Origin: Thermoplasmata archaeon
GTDB taxonomy: Archaea > Thermoplasmatota > Thermoplasmata > RBG-16-68-12 > JAGMCJ01
Length of the DNA stretch: 64,000 nt
NCBI GenBank assembly: GCA_046761005.1
Contig: JBHIFI010000002.1
Location: 1,914-65,913 of the forward strand
Direction of reading: 5' to 3'
Shown: piece after piece, positions 26,443 through 36,288 of the stretch
How the letters are laid out: every line of letters begins with the position of its first letter
Numbering within the stretch: position 1 is the first letter of the stretch
Notes under the pieces: model-generated
Databases searched by the model: none
What the model saw: the letters and a program-made list of their open reading frames with translations, nothing else
Told to the model about the DNA's origin: nothing
Translations under genes and position numbers: made by a program

Positions 26443-27549
26443 TCACCAAAGAAGATGGATGTTTCCGATGTTAACGTTGGAGAGTCCGGAGTTCTTTGCC
26501 GCCAAATAGCATTCATCGGCGATTTTTCTAGAAGTAGTGGGAATATCCATCATTTCATAGGCACCATAAAAGGCGAGAAGAGAGTACGGAATATCTGGGT
26601 TGAGCCCAGCCAGAAAGGAAGCAATCTTCTTCACTTCGTCCGACCCAACATAGCCAGGAATCATCAATGTACTGGCGATGAGAAAAGGAAAACCTCTCTC
26701 TCCTCTCTCCTTTTCGTAATTGACAAGCCATTTGAAATTCTTGAGCGTGTTTTTGTTGCTAGTCCCGCACAACGCAACATTGAGACCCTCATTCCAGGTT
26801 TTCAGATCAAATTTCATGCAGCCTCCGCTATCGTATGAGAGTTCGGCGACTTCCCTGAGATAGCGTCTCGACATTGAGCCATTTGTCTCAAAGCATATTC
26901 TCGTTATCGCATCCCGCTCCAAAGCGATTCTCGAAGTGCGAATTGCGTGCTCTATTTGCGGGGTTGGGTCTCCTCCGAAATAGCATATGCAGGATGTCTT
27001 TTTGTCGACCTTTGAGGCAAGGGTCTTGGCCGATATGACGGGTTTTTGATCGCGAGTCAAAGACCTATATGTCCAGTTCTGGCAAAAGAGACAATCATAG
27101 GAACAAGCACCATAGAAGACTGCGAGATTCTTGAAGCCATACTCAGGACCCTTCGCGTGGGCGAATTTCGGATAGCCAGCTCCAGTCCCGCCGGGACAAA
27201 CGAAGGTTGCTACGCAGTTTGTCGGGAGTGGATCATAATACCATTCAGCCACTGCTCCATCAACAAGGGCTCTAACCTCCTCGTCAATATTTCCTCGTAT
27301 TCCACAGAAGCCCCTTTCCCCGATGGGTATCTTGCACCTGTTGACGCAGTGGCCACATGACTTACCCTCCATCGGGATTTCGAGAGGAAGGTCAAATCGA
27401 GCCTTACTTCTTCTGTGGGCCTCAGCAATTCTCTCCTTTCCTCTTCCTTCAATTATGCACTCTCTACACACACCCAGAAAGGAGGATACGATTCTCGATC
27501 TGTTCTCGCATACTTCGCAAGTTCCGGTCTTTCTCGGTCCAAATATCAC
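26443..27549 (-). CDS. Radical SAM enzyme, AmmeMemoRadiSam-system-type / PFL-activase-like, with an extra N-terminal Cys cluster
   Basis: Radical SAM motif CSYDCLFCQN (CxxxCxxC). The N-terminal CEVCENR...CREC ribbon and CGHCVNRCKIPIGERGFCGIRGN match the characteristic N-terminus of AmmeMemoRadiSam radical SAM proteins. Confidence 0.6.
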   Translation of the reverse strand: MIFGPRKTGTCEVCENRSRIVSSFLGVCRECIIEGRGKERIAEAHRRSKARFDLPLEIPMEGKSCGHCVNRCKIPIGERGFCGIRGNIDEEVRALVDGAVAEWYYDPLPTNCVATFVCPGGTGAGYPKFAHAKGPEYGFKNLAVFYGACSYDCLFCQNWTYRSLTRDQKPVISAKTLASKVDKKTSCICYFGGDPTPQIEHAIRTSRIALERDAITRICFETNGSMSRRYLREVAELSYDSGGCMKFDLKTWNEGLNVALCGTSNKNTLKNFKWLVNYEKERGERGFPFLIASTLMIPGYVGSDEVKKIASFLAGLNPDIPYSLLAFYGAYEMMDIPTTSRKIADECYLAAKNSGLSNVNIGNIHLLW

Positions 27550-27660
27550 GAATTTGGATTGTTAGACCCGCTAGAAAAACTTTGGCATGAGCAAGCCAGG
27601 CAATTTTAATTCTCGAAAAACATTTTAATACCAGAATTCTATTGCGAATGGAGGGCCAAC

Positions 27661-28107
27661 ATGACTTATCAACCGCCACCAGGGACGGCACCGCCGCCAG
27701 CCCCGGAAGGATATCCACAGCAAGTCCCACCACCAGCCTACGCCCCTCCAGTCAAGCCAAGGAAAAAACGTGAGGAAATCATCAGCAACGGCCTCATCAT
27801 TGCAATGGTGATGCTAGCCGGCATCCTCATTTTGGTCAGTGCAATAATAGCACACTCTACGAGATTCTTGGACGATGCTGAGCTCATAAAGAATATGGGA
27901 ACCGTATCTCTCATATTGTTGGATGTTGCTATGTTCCTACTCGTCGTCTTCCTAGTGCTTGCGGCCGTTATGAGGAGCGATATTCATCACTGGGTTCGAG
28001 CCGCTCTCGTTGTTCTAGCAGCATTCATACTATCGTTCTATCTTGCAATCATATACTACGAGGTTATGGTTTCGTTGATAACTGGTATGCTTCCCTCGTA
28101 TCCCTAG
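27661..28107 (+). CDS. Small membrane protein with a proline-rich cytoplasmic N-terminus and 3 TM helices
   Basis: N-terminus MTYQPPPGTAPPPAPEGYPQQVPPPAYAPPVKPRKKR, then three hydrophobic helices. GGAGGG Shine-Dalgarno 6 nt upstream. Confidence 0.55.
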   Translation: MTYQPPPGTAPPPAPEGYPQQVPPPAYAPPVKPRKKREEIISNGLIIAMVMLAGILILVSAIIAHSTRFLDDAELIKNMGTVSLILLDVAMFLLVVFLVLAAVMRSDIHHWVRAALVVLAAFILSFYLAIIYYEVMVSLITGMLPSYP

Positions 28108-28188
28108 GGGCATCGAACACATAGCAAGGGATGAGCGACAGCTACCTCCCCAAAATCGTTATCTATAGCCACAGCCATCAACTTCAAC

Positions 28189-28938
28189 GTGCGAAAGCTG
28201 ATAGGCGTCTACACTAGAGACTTCAGATTTTTTCATGAAGCTCGAGAATTCCTGAAAGCCAAAGGAGTACCTTTTGTTGGCATTTCTGTGGGAGAGGAGA
28301 TCCCCGAGCGGGTTGGAGTCGTACTCACATCGAGCAATGAGATAGACGATATTGATTTCGAGCCTAAGGTCGCTTCCGAATCGATTGAGGAAGCGATTGG
28401 AAAGGCGCTCTGCATATTGGCGGGAAAGACAGAGTTTAGTTGGTTGACGATAGGGATAGATCCAGGACCAAAGCCAGGCCTCGTAGCTGTCGGGGACGGA
28501 GAGATTCTTGAGACCCGCACTGCCGAATCACCAGAACATGTCGTTGAATTGGTTGGGAAACTAGTTAGGATATATGCACCTCGTGATTCGAGAATTAGGA
28601 TCGGACATGGAGACCCGCTAAATAGGAACAGGATAATCAATTCCCTTCTTGACCAGAACTACCTGGTTGAAATAGTTGATGAAAAGGGAACGACGAGAAA
28701 AACCGGGAAGTCGGACTTGGAATCTGCCAAACAGATAGCTGCCTCCAAGGGAAACCGCATTAGAGAAAAACTCCGTGTTGTTCCCACAGCCAAACAGCTC
28801 AGGGAGATTCAGAGGCAAAGCAGGATTGCGAGTGAGAACAGAATCACAATCTCGACCGACTTGGCAAGAGAAGTCGCGATTGGAAAGATCACGTTAGCAG
28901 AGGCGTTGCAGAGGCAAGAGAGATTAAAGAAGACCTAG
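28189..28938 (+). CDS. RuvC/YqgF-like RNase H-fold (resolvase-like) domain protein with extra N- and C-terminal regions
   Basis: The central block IGIDPGPKPGLVAVGDGEIL...IVDEKGTTRKT follows the RuvC/YqgF pattern (IGID.G.k..G.Av.d...; ...DEr.TT). It is flanked by about 85 aa on the N side and about 70 aa on the C side. Confidence 0.4.
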   Translation: MRKLIGVYTRDFRFFHEAREFLKAKGVPFVGISVGEEIPERVGVVLTSSNEIDDIDFEPKVASESIEEAIGKALCILAGKTEFSWLTIGIDPGPKPGLVAVGDGEILETRTAESPEHVVELVGKLVRIYAPRDSRIRIGHGDPLNRNRIINSLLDQNYLVEIVDEKGTTRKTGKSDLESAKQIAASKGNRIREKLRVVPTAKQLREIQRQSRIASENRITISTDLAREVAIGKITLAEALQRQERLKKT

Positions 28939-29016
28939 AATCCTTCAGGTTACCCGCTCCTTCACTGATATTCTCAAGATAAGGTTTATAACCAAGCTTG
29001 TTCTATCAAGAAAGAT

Positions 29017-31242
29017 ATGCCAGAAAAGGTTATGTTGAAGGTTGCCGAGGCCCCCCAATCAGACGTTGGATTGGGAAGAGCGAGGGTTGACACTCAAACT
29101 AGAGCGGCTCTCGGCATAGATGTTGGAGAGATTGTCGAAATAGTCGGAAAGAAGAGGACAGGGGCCAAGCTGTTCCGTGTTATGCAGGAAGACGAGGGTA
29201 AGGGCATAGTTCGTATTGATGGTCTAGTCCGAAAGAACGCTGGAGTTTCCATAGGTGACAGGGTGGAAGTTGCCAAGGCTGACGTGCAACCCGCAGAGAG
29301 GGTCATGATCGCCCCCATAATATCCGAGGGACACAGGATTAGTTTTGGCGAAGGCATTGAGAGCTTTGTCAAGAGAGGACTTCTTAAGCGGCCCGTGACA
29401 AAGGGTGATGTCGTCATTGTGCCAGGCATTGCTCTGATGGGGGGTGCCCTTCCGTTCATGGTTGTTAAGGGTGTTCCTCGCGGTATCGTCCAGATAACGG
29501 ATGATACGTTTGTCGAGATTAAGGAAGAACCTGTTTCCGAAGCTGAAATGGTGGCTCCGACGGTAACGTACGATGATATAGGCGGGCTCCAGGAGGAACT
29601 CCTGAGGGTGAGGGAGATGATTGAGCTACCACTGAAGCACGCCGAACTCTTCGAGAGACTCGGAATCGACCCTCCGAAAGGGGTGCTTCTCTATGGACCT
29701 CCCGGAACCGGAAAGACGATGATTGCCAAGGCAGTGGCCAATGAGGCAGGCGCCCACTTCTCCTCGATTCAGGGTCCTGAAATCATGTCAAAATACTACG
29801 GCCAGAGCGAGGAGAGGCTGAGAGAGAAGTTTGAAGAGGCAGAGAAAAACGCGCCATCTGTTCTTTTCATCGATGAGCTGGATTCGATTGCCCCGAAGAG
29901 AGAAGAAGTCACGGGTGAAGTCGAAAGAAGGGTCGTCGCTCAGCTTCTGACATCGATGGACGGGTTGAGTGGCAGAGGAAATGTGATAGTCATTGCAGCC
30001 ACTAACAGAGAGGAGGCCATTGATCCGGCGCTGAGGAGGCCAGGCAGATTTGATAGAGAAATCGAGATAGGGGTTCCAGATAGAAAAGGAAGGAAGGAGA
30101 TTCTGCAGATTCACACTCGTGGTATGCCCATAGAGGGTTCGGACGAGGAAAGGGATGCCATTCTCACCGGTCTAGCCGATATCACCTACGGGTTCGTCGG
30201 AGCGGACCTGGCAGCACTGGCAAGAGAAGCAGCGATGAAGGCCCTGAGGAGGTATCTTCCAGAAATAGACCTCGAAAAGCCAATTCCTCCCGAGGTTCTG
30301 GAAAAGATGAAGGTTATCAAGGACGACTTCAAAGAAGCCCTCAAGGAAGTAGAGCCCAGTGCGATGAGGGAGGTTTTGGTGGAGATTCCAAAGATTACGT
30401 GGGAGGATGTTGGCGGCTTGGAAGACGTTAAGGAGGTATTGAGGGAGACGATAGAGCTTCCACTCAAGGACCCCGAGATGTTCAACAGAATGGCAATCAC
30501 TCCTCCTCGTGGGATACTTCTCTACGGTCCTCCCGGCTGCGGGAAGACTTTGCTTGCAAAGGCGGTGGCGAACGAGTCCCAGGCCAATTTTATCTCAATC
30601 AAGGGTCCTGAGGTCATGTCCAAGTGGGTAGGCGAAAGTGAAAAGGCCGTCAGGCAGATTTTCAAGAAAGCAAAGCAGGTTGCCCCTGCAATTGTCTTCC
30701 TCGATGAAATTGATGCTATTGCTCCCCGACGAGGAACATCAATGGCGGATTCTGGAGTCACAGAGAGACTTGTCAACCAGTTGCTCACTTCCATAGACGG
30801 TCTGGAATCCCTTGAAGGCGTTGTCGTTGTTGGCGCAACGAATCGACCTGACATCGTGGACCCAGCGCTTCTTCGGGCGGGAAGGTTTGGTAGACTCGTT
30901 CTGATTCCCGTTCCGGACAGGGATGCGCGCCTTGAGATATTCAAAGTCCATACGCGAGAGATGCCATTGAAAGATGTGGACCTCGAGACATTGGCCGATA
31001 GGACAGAGAACTTCTCTGGTGCTGACATAGAGTCTCTCTGCAAAGAAGCGGGACTTAATGCACTCAGAAAAGATCCGAACACCTCAGCGGTAACAATGGA
31101 GGAGTTCGAAGAAGCCTTGATGACCGTCCGTCCTTCTGTCGATAAGGAGACAATGGAATTCTACAAATTGGTTGGAGAAGTGCTTGAAAAGGGAGCGATG
31201 ACAAAGAAAGAGAGGCAAGACATTCAATCGATGTTCCGATAG
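29017..31242 (+). CDS. cdc48: CDC48/VCP-like AAA+ ATPase (VAT)
   Basis: N-terminal CDC48 double-psi barrel; two AAA modules, each with [11 protein letters not shown] or [11 protein letters not shown] Walker A and DELD/DEID Walker B. TATA GTTTATAA at 28984-28991, 26-33 nt upstream (leaderless). Confidence 0.92.
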   Translation: MPEKVMLKVAEAPQSDVGLGRARVDTQTRAALGIDVGEIVEIVGKKRTGAKLFRVMQEDEGKGIVRIDGLVRKNAGVSIGDRVEVAKADVQPAERVMIAPIISEGHRISFGEGIESFVKRGLLKRPVTKGDVVIVPGIALMGGALPFMVVKGVPRGIVQITDDTFVEIKEEPVSEAEMVAPTVTYDDIGGLQEELLRVREMIELPLKHAELFERLGIDPPKGVLLYGPPGTGKTMIAKAVANEAGAHFSSIQGPEIMSKYYGQSEERLREKFEEAEKNAPSVLFIDELDSIAPKREEVTGEVERRVVAQLLTSMDGLSGRGNVIVIAATNREEAIDPALRRPGRFDREIEIGVPDRKGRKEILQIHTRGMPIEGSDEERDAILTGLADITYGFVGADLAALAREAAMKALRRYLPEIDLEKPIPPEVLEKMKVIKDDFKEALKEVEPSAMREVLVEIPKITWEDVGGLEDVKEVLRETIELPLKDPEMFNRMAITPPRGILLYGPPGCGKTLLAKAVANESQANFISIKGPEVMSKWVGESEKAVRQIFKKAKQVAPAIVFLDEIDAIAPRRGTSMADSGVTERLVNQLLTSIDGLESLEGVVVVGATNRPDIVDPALLRAGRFGRLVLIPVPDRDARLEIFKVHTREMPLKDVDLETLADRTENFSGADIESLCKEAGLNALRKDPNTSAVTMEEFEEALMTVRPSVDKETMEFYKLVGEVLEKGAMTKKERQDIQSMFR

Positions 31243-31325
31243 GTGTCATTCCCGCGTTGGCCATCCTCTAATGCTAAATATTAGGAGGTAGATATAGGAA
31301 AGGCTTAAGCCCTAGGAGGTGTGGG

Positions 31326-31565
31326 ATGAAGAAATTTGCAACGGAGTTGAGGGGAAAGACTGTTATGACAAACGATGGTCAAATCCTTGGCATGATAGAG
31401 AATTTCATCATAGATACCAATACCGGGAAGTTGCACGATGTTCTCGTGATTCCAGCTGAGGAGATTGAAACTCGTCTCTTCAAAACGGATCCACAGGGAA
31501 GAATTGTTCTGCCCTTTACTGGGATGAAGGCTATCAAAGATGTCGTTGTGATGGATATCGAATAG
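31326..31565 (+). CDS. PRC-barrel domain protein
   Basis: 79 aa. L.GK.V....G..LG.I.....D...G....VL pattern typical of small archaeal PRC-barrel proteins. Confidence 0.7.
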   Translation: MKKFATELRGKTVMTNDGQILGMIENFIIDTNTGKLHDVLVIPAEEIETRLFKTDPQGRIVLPFTGMKAIKDVVVMDIE

Positions 31566-31669
31566 GTACTTCTCTTATCAACAGAGGAGCGCTTCCACCA
31601 CTTCTTTTCTCAACTTGCGCTCTATGAGCATACGGATTGGGGGATGTCTTGATAAGCGTTCTCTGATAG

Positions 31670-31679
31670 TTTATATATT
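31670..31679 (+). promoter_or_regulatory. TATA box TTTATATATT upstream of glnA
   Basis: Lies about 53-62 nt before TTG 31732. GGAGGG Shine-Dalgarno at 31719-31724. Confidence 0.5.
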
Positions 31680-31731
31680 CCTCTCCACATACTCCTCCTC
31701 ATTCCCAATTCCCTAAAGAGGAGGGCGGGTT

Positions 31732-33066
31732 TTGTCTGAAGAACAGAAGGATGTGATATTGAAGAAGGTGGAGAAAGAGGGCGTCAAATTCGTTCTGATG
31801 CAGTTTGTGGATATCTTGGGAGTCGTCAAGAACATCACACTCCCGAGTAATCAGCTGGAGAAGGCCTTGGATGATGGCGTCATATTTGATGGATCTTCCA
31901 TTGTTGGCTATGCGACAATCGAGGAATCTGATATGAGGGCCATTCCTGACATGTCCACATTTCGCATACTTCCATGGACCTCGGGCGATACGAAGTGCGC
32001 AGGTCTAGTGTGCAACATTCACGAGGCAGGAGGTGAGAGATTCAGTGGGGACCCAAGGTATATATTGGAGCTGATGATGAAAAAGGCTTTCGACAAAGGA
32101 TATGTCTTCAACACGGGTCCAGAGTATGAGTTTTTTCTCTTCAAGACAGATGAAGACGGTAACCCCACGACAACTCCGTGTGACGCTGGAGGATACTTTG
32201 ATCTGCTTCCTCTCGACGAGGGCGACATGGTCCGGAAGAAAACCACTCATTTACTTAATGCCCTAGGATTCGAGGTGGAAGCATCACACCATGAAGTCGC
32301 TCCGGGTCAGCATGAGATAGATTTGAGGTTCACCGATGCAACGACCTCAGCGGACAGGGTCCTGACCCTCAAGAACGCCATAAGGACAGTTTCTCTGGAA
32401 CACGGGCTTCACGCAACGTTCATGCCCAAGCCAATATTCGGAATCAATGGAAGTGGAATGCACACTCATCAGTCCCTTACAACGATGGATGGAAAGAATG
32501 CATTCTACGATCCCGACGGTGAATATCAGCTTAGCGATGTAGCGAGGTGGTTCATTGGTGGGGCTCTTGCACATGCGCGGGAGACATGTGCAATCCTAGC
32601 TTCCTGGGCAAATTCCTATAAGAGGCTCGTTCCAGGATATGAGGCTCCTGTTCACATCTCCTGGGCCAATAGGAATCGGAGCGCGCTCATACGCGTTCCA
32701 CCGGACAGAGAGATGAAGACAAGAATAGAGGTCAGAAATCCCGATCCTGCAGGCAATCCTTACTTGCAGTATGCAGTTATGCTCGCGGCGGGCTTTCATG
32801 GAGTTGAGAGGAAAATCGAACCTCCAGATCCTGTCGAGGTGGACATCTTCAAACTCCCTTCTAAGGAGAGGAAGAGACTAGGTATAGGGTCTCTGCCTGT
32901 AAGCCTGGAGGAAGCGCTAAACGAGCTTGAGGGCAGCGAACTGATGAGGGAGACCCTTGGCGCTCATATAATGACCCACTTTCTATACATAAAAAGGGAG
33001 GAGTGGGACAAGTACAGGACCCAAGTCACGAAGTGGGAAATAGAAAATTTCCTCAGAATTCTCTAG
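31732..33066 (+). CDS. glnA: Glutamine synthetase, type I
   Basis: GS beta-grasp and catalytic domains (GSSIVGYATIEESDM, NTGPEYEFFLF, the HxHxS region MHTHQSL, and the adenylylation-loop region). TTG start. Confidence 0.9.
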   Translation: MSEEQKDVILKKVEKEGVKFVLMQFVDILGVVKNITLPSNQLEKALDDGVIFDGSSIVGYATIEESDMRAIPDMSTFRILPWTSGDTKCAGLVCNIHEAGGERFSGDPRYILELMMKKAFDKGYVFNTGPEYEFFLFKTDEDGNPTTTPCDAGGYFDLLPLDEGDMVRKKTTHLLNALGFEVEASHHEVAPGQHEIDLRFTDATTSADRVLTLKNAIRTVSLEHGLHATFMPKPIFGINGSGMHTHQSLTTMDGKNAFYDPDGEYQLSDVARWFIGGALAHARETCAILASWANSYKRLVPGYEAPVHISWANRNRSALIRVPPDREMKTRIEVRNPDPAGNPYLQYAVMLAAGFHGVERKIEPPDPVEVDIFKLPSKERKRLGIGSLPVSLEEALNELEGSELMRETLGAHIMTHFLYIKREEWDKYRTQVTKWEIENFLRIL

Positions 33067-33938
33067 ATCTCCTTGGCGAGATCTTTCAGACGCTTTATTC
33101 TCTCCTTGGTAGGAGGATGCGTTGAAAAGATCGATGCGAGTCCGCCTCCCCTGAATGGATTAACGATGAAGAGCGATGAGGACGCAGGATTCCCCCTATC
33201 GATGGGCTTTCTTTTGTTTGCTCTTTCAAGCTTGTCCAGGGCACTTGCAAGTGCGAGCGGTTTCTTGATGGTCAAGCTTCCCACCCTATCAGCCTTGTAC
33301 TCCCTGCTTCTTGAAATTGCGAAGTGAATGAGCATCGCTGCGATAGGAGCAGTTATTGCTACGATGAGGAGGATTATCCAGTTGCCCTGTCCGCGCCCTC
33401 CTCTCCCGAAAAGAGCGTTGAACCAGAACATTCTAGCCATAAAGGCGATCGCACCCGCCATCGTGGCGGCAACAGTCATAACCAGAATATCCCTGTCCTT
33501 CACGTGAGCCATCTCGTGCGCCAGGACGCCCTCAAGCTCCGTCCTTGAGAGTGCATCCATTATCCCCTCCGTGACAGCAACTACCGCGTTTTTTGGGTTT
33601 CTCCCAGTAGCGAAGGCATTGGGTGTTTTTGTGGGAATGATTGCGACCTTGGGCTTGGGAACCCCAGCCTTTTCTGCAATCTTGGAAACCGTATCATGCA
33701 ACCACGGAAACTCCTGCTCTTTCAATATCCTGGCCTTGTATGACCACAGGATGATTTTGGAGCTGTAGAAGTAGCTTATCGCGTTGAATATCCCCGCTAG
33801 AATCAGAAAGAACATTGCACCGAGTATCCAGTTTCCGCCAGCGAAGAAGCCGCCAAGGACCCAGCCTATCACTGCGAACAAACCTGCAAGTAAGATAAAC
33901 AGGCCTATTACTGTCAGCTTTGGATGCATCTCTCCCAA
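33063..33938 (-). CDS. htpX: HtpX-like M48 zinc metalloprotease
   Basis: HEXXH motif (LAHEMAHVKDRD) plus the downstream E. Four TM helices. Starts 18 nt after the upstream NFACT gene stop. Confidence 0.85.
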   Translation of the reverse strand: MGEMHPKLTVIGLFILLAGLFAVIGWVLGGFFAGGNWILGAMFFLILAGIFNAISYFYSSKIILWSYKARILKEQEFPWLHDTVSKIAEKAGVPKPKVAIIPTKTPNAFATGRNPKNAVVAVTEGIMDALSRTELEGVLAHEMAHVKDRDILVMTVAATMAGAIAFMARMFWFNALFGRGGRGQGNWIILLIVAITAPIAAMLIHFAISRSREYKADRVGSLTIKKPLALASALDKLERANKRKPIDRGNPASSSLFIVNPFRGGGLASIFSTHPPTKERIKRLKDLAKEI

Positions 33939-33956
33939 TATGTACGTGAGGAGATA

Positions 33957-35816
33957 TTAAGCTTTACGCCGTGGAGGCTCGCCTTTCTCCAAGCCACCAG
34001 GTGGGAGTACCCTCAAGACCTCTTCCATAGGAACGTCAAAAACGTCGCCTAAATCCTTTGCCACTTTGTTCGGGTTCCCCTTCCCAGGCCTGAAAATAAT
34101 CGTTGTTTTTGAGTATCTGCTGAGCGCCTCTAGCGGTGCACAGACGATCTTCCTTGTTCCCTCATAGCTGATTTCTCCAACAGCGACCTCGAGAGGAAGC
34201 TTGTGACAGTAGTTCCTCTTCCCCCTAACCATGAATCCTCCTTTTGGAAGATACTCCCCACTCTCCGCCCGCTTGCTCACTTGTTCGGGAGTGACCCAGT
34301 AGGCCGATCCTGATGCCATACCCTTCGACCATGCCTTAGAGAAACAGAGGGCGAACTGACAAGCCTCTCTGAGCGTATCCTCACTCGCCTGAGAACCCTT
34401 TTTTATCACAACACTGGGGGCACCTGAGATCTCAGCATGGACATATCTATCGCCTGGCTCGAGATGCTTTTTGACGACCTTTTCATTGCTCTTGGCATCT
34501 CTTCCTCCCAAGACAAGAAAGCCTTCGCTTGAGAGAAACCATCGGAATCTGTCGAGCCACAGTTTCTTGGTTGGTACTCGTTTCTCTATCCTCTTCTTCT
34601 CCTTTTCCTCCACAAGTGCGAGTTCTCTCTCTGTCTCCTCAATAGCAATCTCAAGACTTTGAATTTTTGACCTCGCCGCCTTTTCCCTTTCATAGTATCT
34701 CTGAGCGTTCGCGTTCAAGCCCTCATCATATTGAATTTCGATTTCTCTATCCTCGATCTTGAGAATGGCGGTCTTTCTTTTCGGATCTTTCGAGACGACA
34801 TGAATTCCACTCGGAGCCTCGCCCGAACGTATGGTCCGGATAGCTCGATCGATTAACTCATAGTGGGTGTAGAAGAACTCTGCAAGTTCATGTGATTTTC
34901 TTGCCTTCTCTCCGTGCTTCTGCAAAGCCTCTTCCTGCTGCCTTTTTCTTCTTTCCAGTTTCCCGACCCGCTCATCTTTGACTTCCTTTGGCTGACTTCT
35001 GATATACTCAAGTAAGGCCTCACTGAAGGTGTCCCTCCCTTCTTGTTTGAGATTCTCGTACCTTTTCAGTTTGATTGGGACAACATCGGTGGGAATATTG
35101 TTGTCGAAGACGATTATCGGGCTCGGATGTGAAATCTCATCCATAAGCTCAGCTAAGGATGACAGCAGAGATTCCAGAACCTCCTCATCCAAATCCCTCG
35201 CAGGGGTATTCTTTTCCACGCCTGCCCGAAGACATATCTCTTCGGCATACAGGCCTCCAAGGTTCAGGTCAACCGCCAAGGCTCTGACAGCATCCCTCTC
35301 CGAAGAGGAAATAATGGAGAGAATCTCCTCTTTGCTCAACCTCGGTGCGTCCACCCTTTCTGGCGGGTAGCGATATTCCCTATGTGCCCGCAGTTCTCTC
35401 TCACTCCAAGACCTCGAATGGAGGGGCTGAAGTATTATTCCATCCTTTACGAGAATGATGTTGCCCTTGCCGAACATCTCAAAGATTAGATGAAACACAT
35501 CTCTTCTATCAATAACAACTTCAACTACTCTATCGAATCTATGTTGCTGGATGCGAAGGACCCTTCCATTTGTGAGATACTTCCTCAAGAACATACCATA
35601 TGAGAGGGCTTTCCCGGAAGGTTCCGCAGCGGGATCCAGGTAAACCCACTTTCCCACCTCGACAATCAAGTTTTCCTTGCCGCTACCAGGAACGTTGAAT
35701 CTGAAATGAAAGTGATTTGTCTTAGGCTGGTATATCTTATCGATATAGCCACCAATGAGCTTTTGGAGCTCGGCAGACATTGCCATGATATCGAAACTGG
35801 TTATCTCTCTCTTCAT
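33957..35816 (-). CDS. NFACT-family protein (archaeal Rqc2/NEMF/FbpA homolog; ribosome quality control)
   Basis: NFACT-N start (FDIMAMSAELQKLIGGYIDKIYQPKTNHFHFRF), central coiled coil (QQEEALQKHGEKARKSHELAEF...), NFACT-R/DUF814 region (WLDRFRWFLSSEGFLVLGGRDAKSNE), and a basic C-terminal extension. Confidence 0.8.
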   Translation of the reverse strand: MKREITSFDIMAMSAELQKLIGGYIDKIYQPKTNHFHFRFNVPGSGKENLIVEVGKWVYLDPAAEPSGKALSYGMFLRKYLTNGRVLRIQQHRFDRVVEVVIDRRDVFHLIFEMFGKGNIILVKDGIILQPLHSRSWSERELRAHREYRYPPERVDAPRLSKEEILSIISSSERDAVRALAVDLNLGGLYAEEICLRAGVEKNTPARDLDEEVLESLLSSLAELMDEISHPSPIIVFDNNIPTDVVPIKLKRYENLKQEGRDTFSEALLEYIRSQPKEVKDERVGKLERRKRQQEEALQKHGEKARKSHELAEFFYTHYELIDRAIRTIRSGEAPSGIHVVSKDPKRKTAILKIEDREIEIQYDEGLNANAQRYYEREKAARSKIQSLEIAIEETERELALVEEKEKKRIEKRVPTKKLWLDRFRWFLSSEGFLVLGGRDAKSNEKVVKKHLEPGDRYVHAEISGAPSVVIKKGSQASEDTLREACQFALCFSKAWSKGMASGSAYWVTPEQVSKRAESGEYLPKGGFMVRGKRNYCHKLPLEVAVGEISYEGTRKIVCAPLEALSRYSKTTIIFRPGKGNPNKVAKDLGDVFDVPMEEVLRVLPPGGLEKGEPPRRKA

Positions 35817-35888
35817 TACCGCTTAGAACAGGGAACCAGTACTTAAATATGGCATAGCTGATAACGAGAAAAAGATAGCAGAAGTTGT

Positions 35889-35960
35889 GCCGTTGTGGCT
35901 TAGCGGTATAGCGACACCTTGGTAAGGTGTAGGTCGGGGGTTCAATCCCCCCCAACGGCT
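35889..35960 (+). tRNA. tRNA-Thr (anticodon GGU), 72 nt, no encoded CCA
   Basis: Acceptor GCCGTTG/CAACGGC; D arm GCTT-AGCGGTA-TAGC; anticodon stem ACACC/GGTGT with loop TTGGTAA; T arm GGGGG-TTCAATC-CCCCC; discriminator U. TATA-like ACTTAAATATGG about 40 nt upstream. Confidence 0.85.
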
Positions 35961-36288
35961 CTTTGTTGACAATTTGAGGGACGACTAGAATGCAAAATGC
36001 GTTCTCCTATGCCAAAGGAAATTTCTCGAATCTCTCGCGGGGGGCCTTGCAAATAGGGCACACATTTGGTGGGTATTTCCTAGCACAGAGATAGCCGCGG
36101 ACGGAGCACTCAGCGCGTAGAGAATCACCTCATGACTCTTGTTATTTCCTTCGATGTGTAACATAGAATTCTTCACTCAGAAGAACACGTCCGTATAAGT
36201 CATTTTAGCTCGTGGAATCCTCATCTATCGCCCCCTCATCTGGCTACGCACATACTCACTTTCACTCGCCTCCCAAAACAAGTTATTT

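Noticed and set aside
31243-31731. NrpR-type nitrogen operator (GGAA-N6-TTCC) upstream of glnA
   Set aside because: No such palindrome occurs near the TATA at 31670-31679. Only a TATA box and a Shine-Dalgarno were identified.
35985-36176. 63-aa minus-strand ORF in the tRNA-Thr/priL spacer
   Set aside because: It has no start context or motif, and its composition is atypical. It is retained only as part of the unexplained spacer (see findings).
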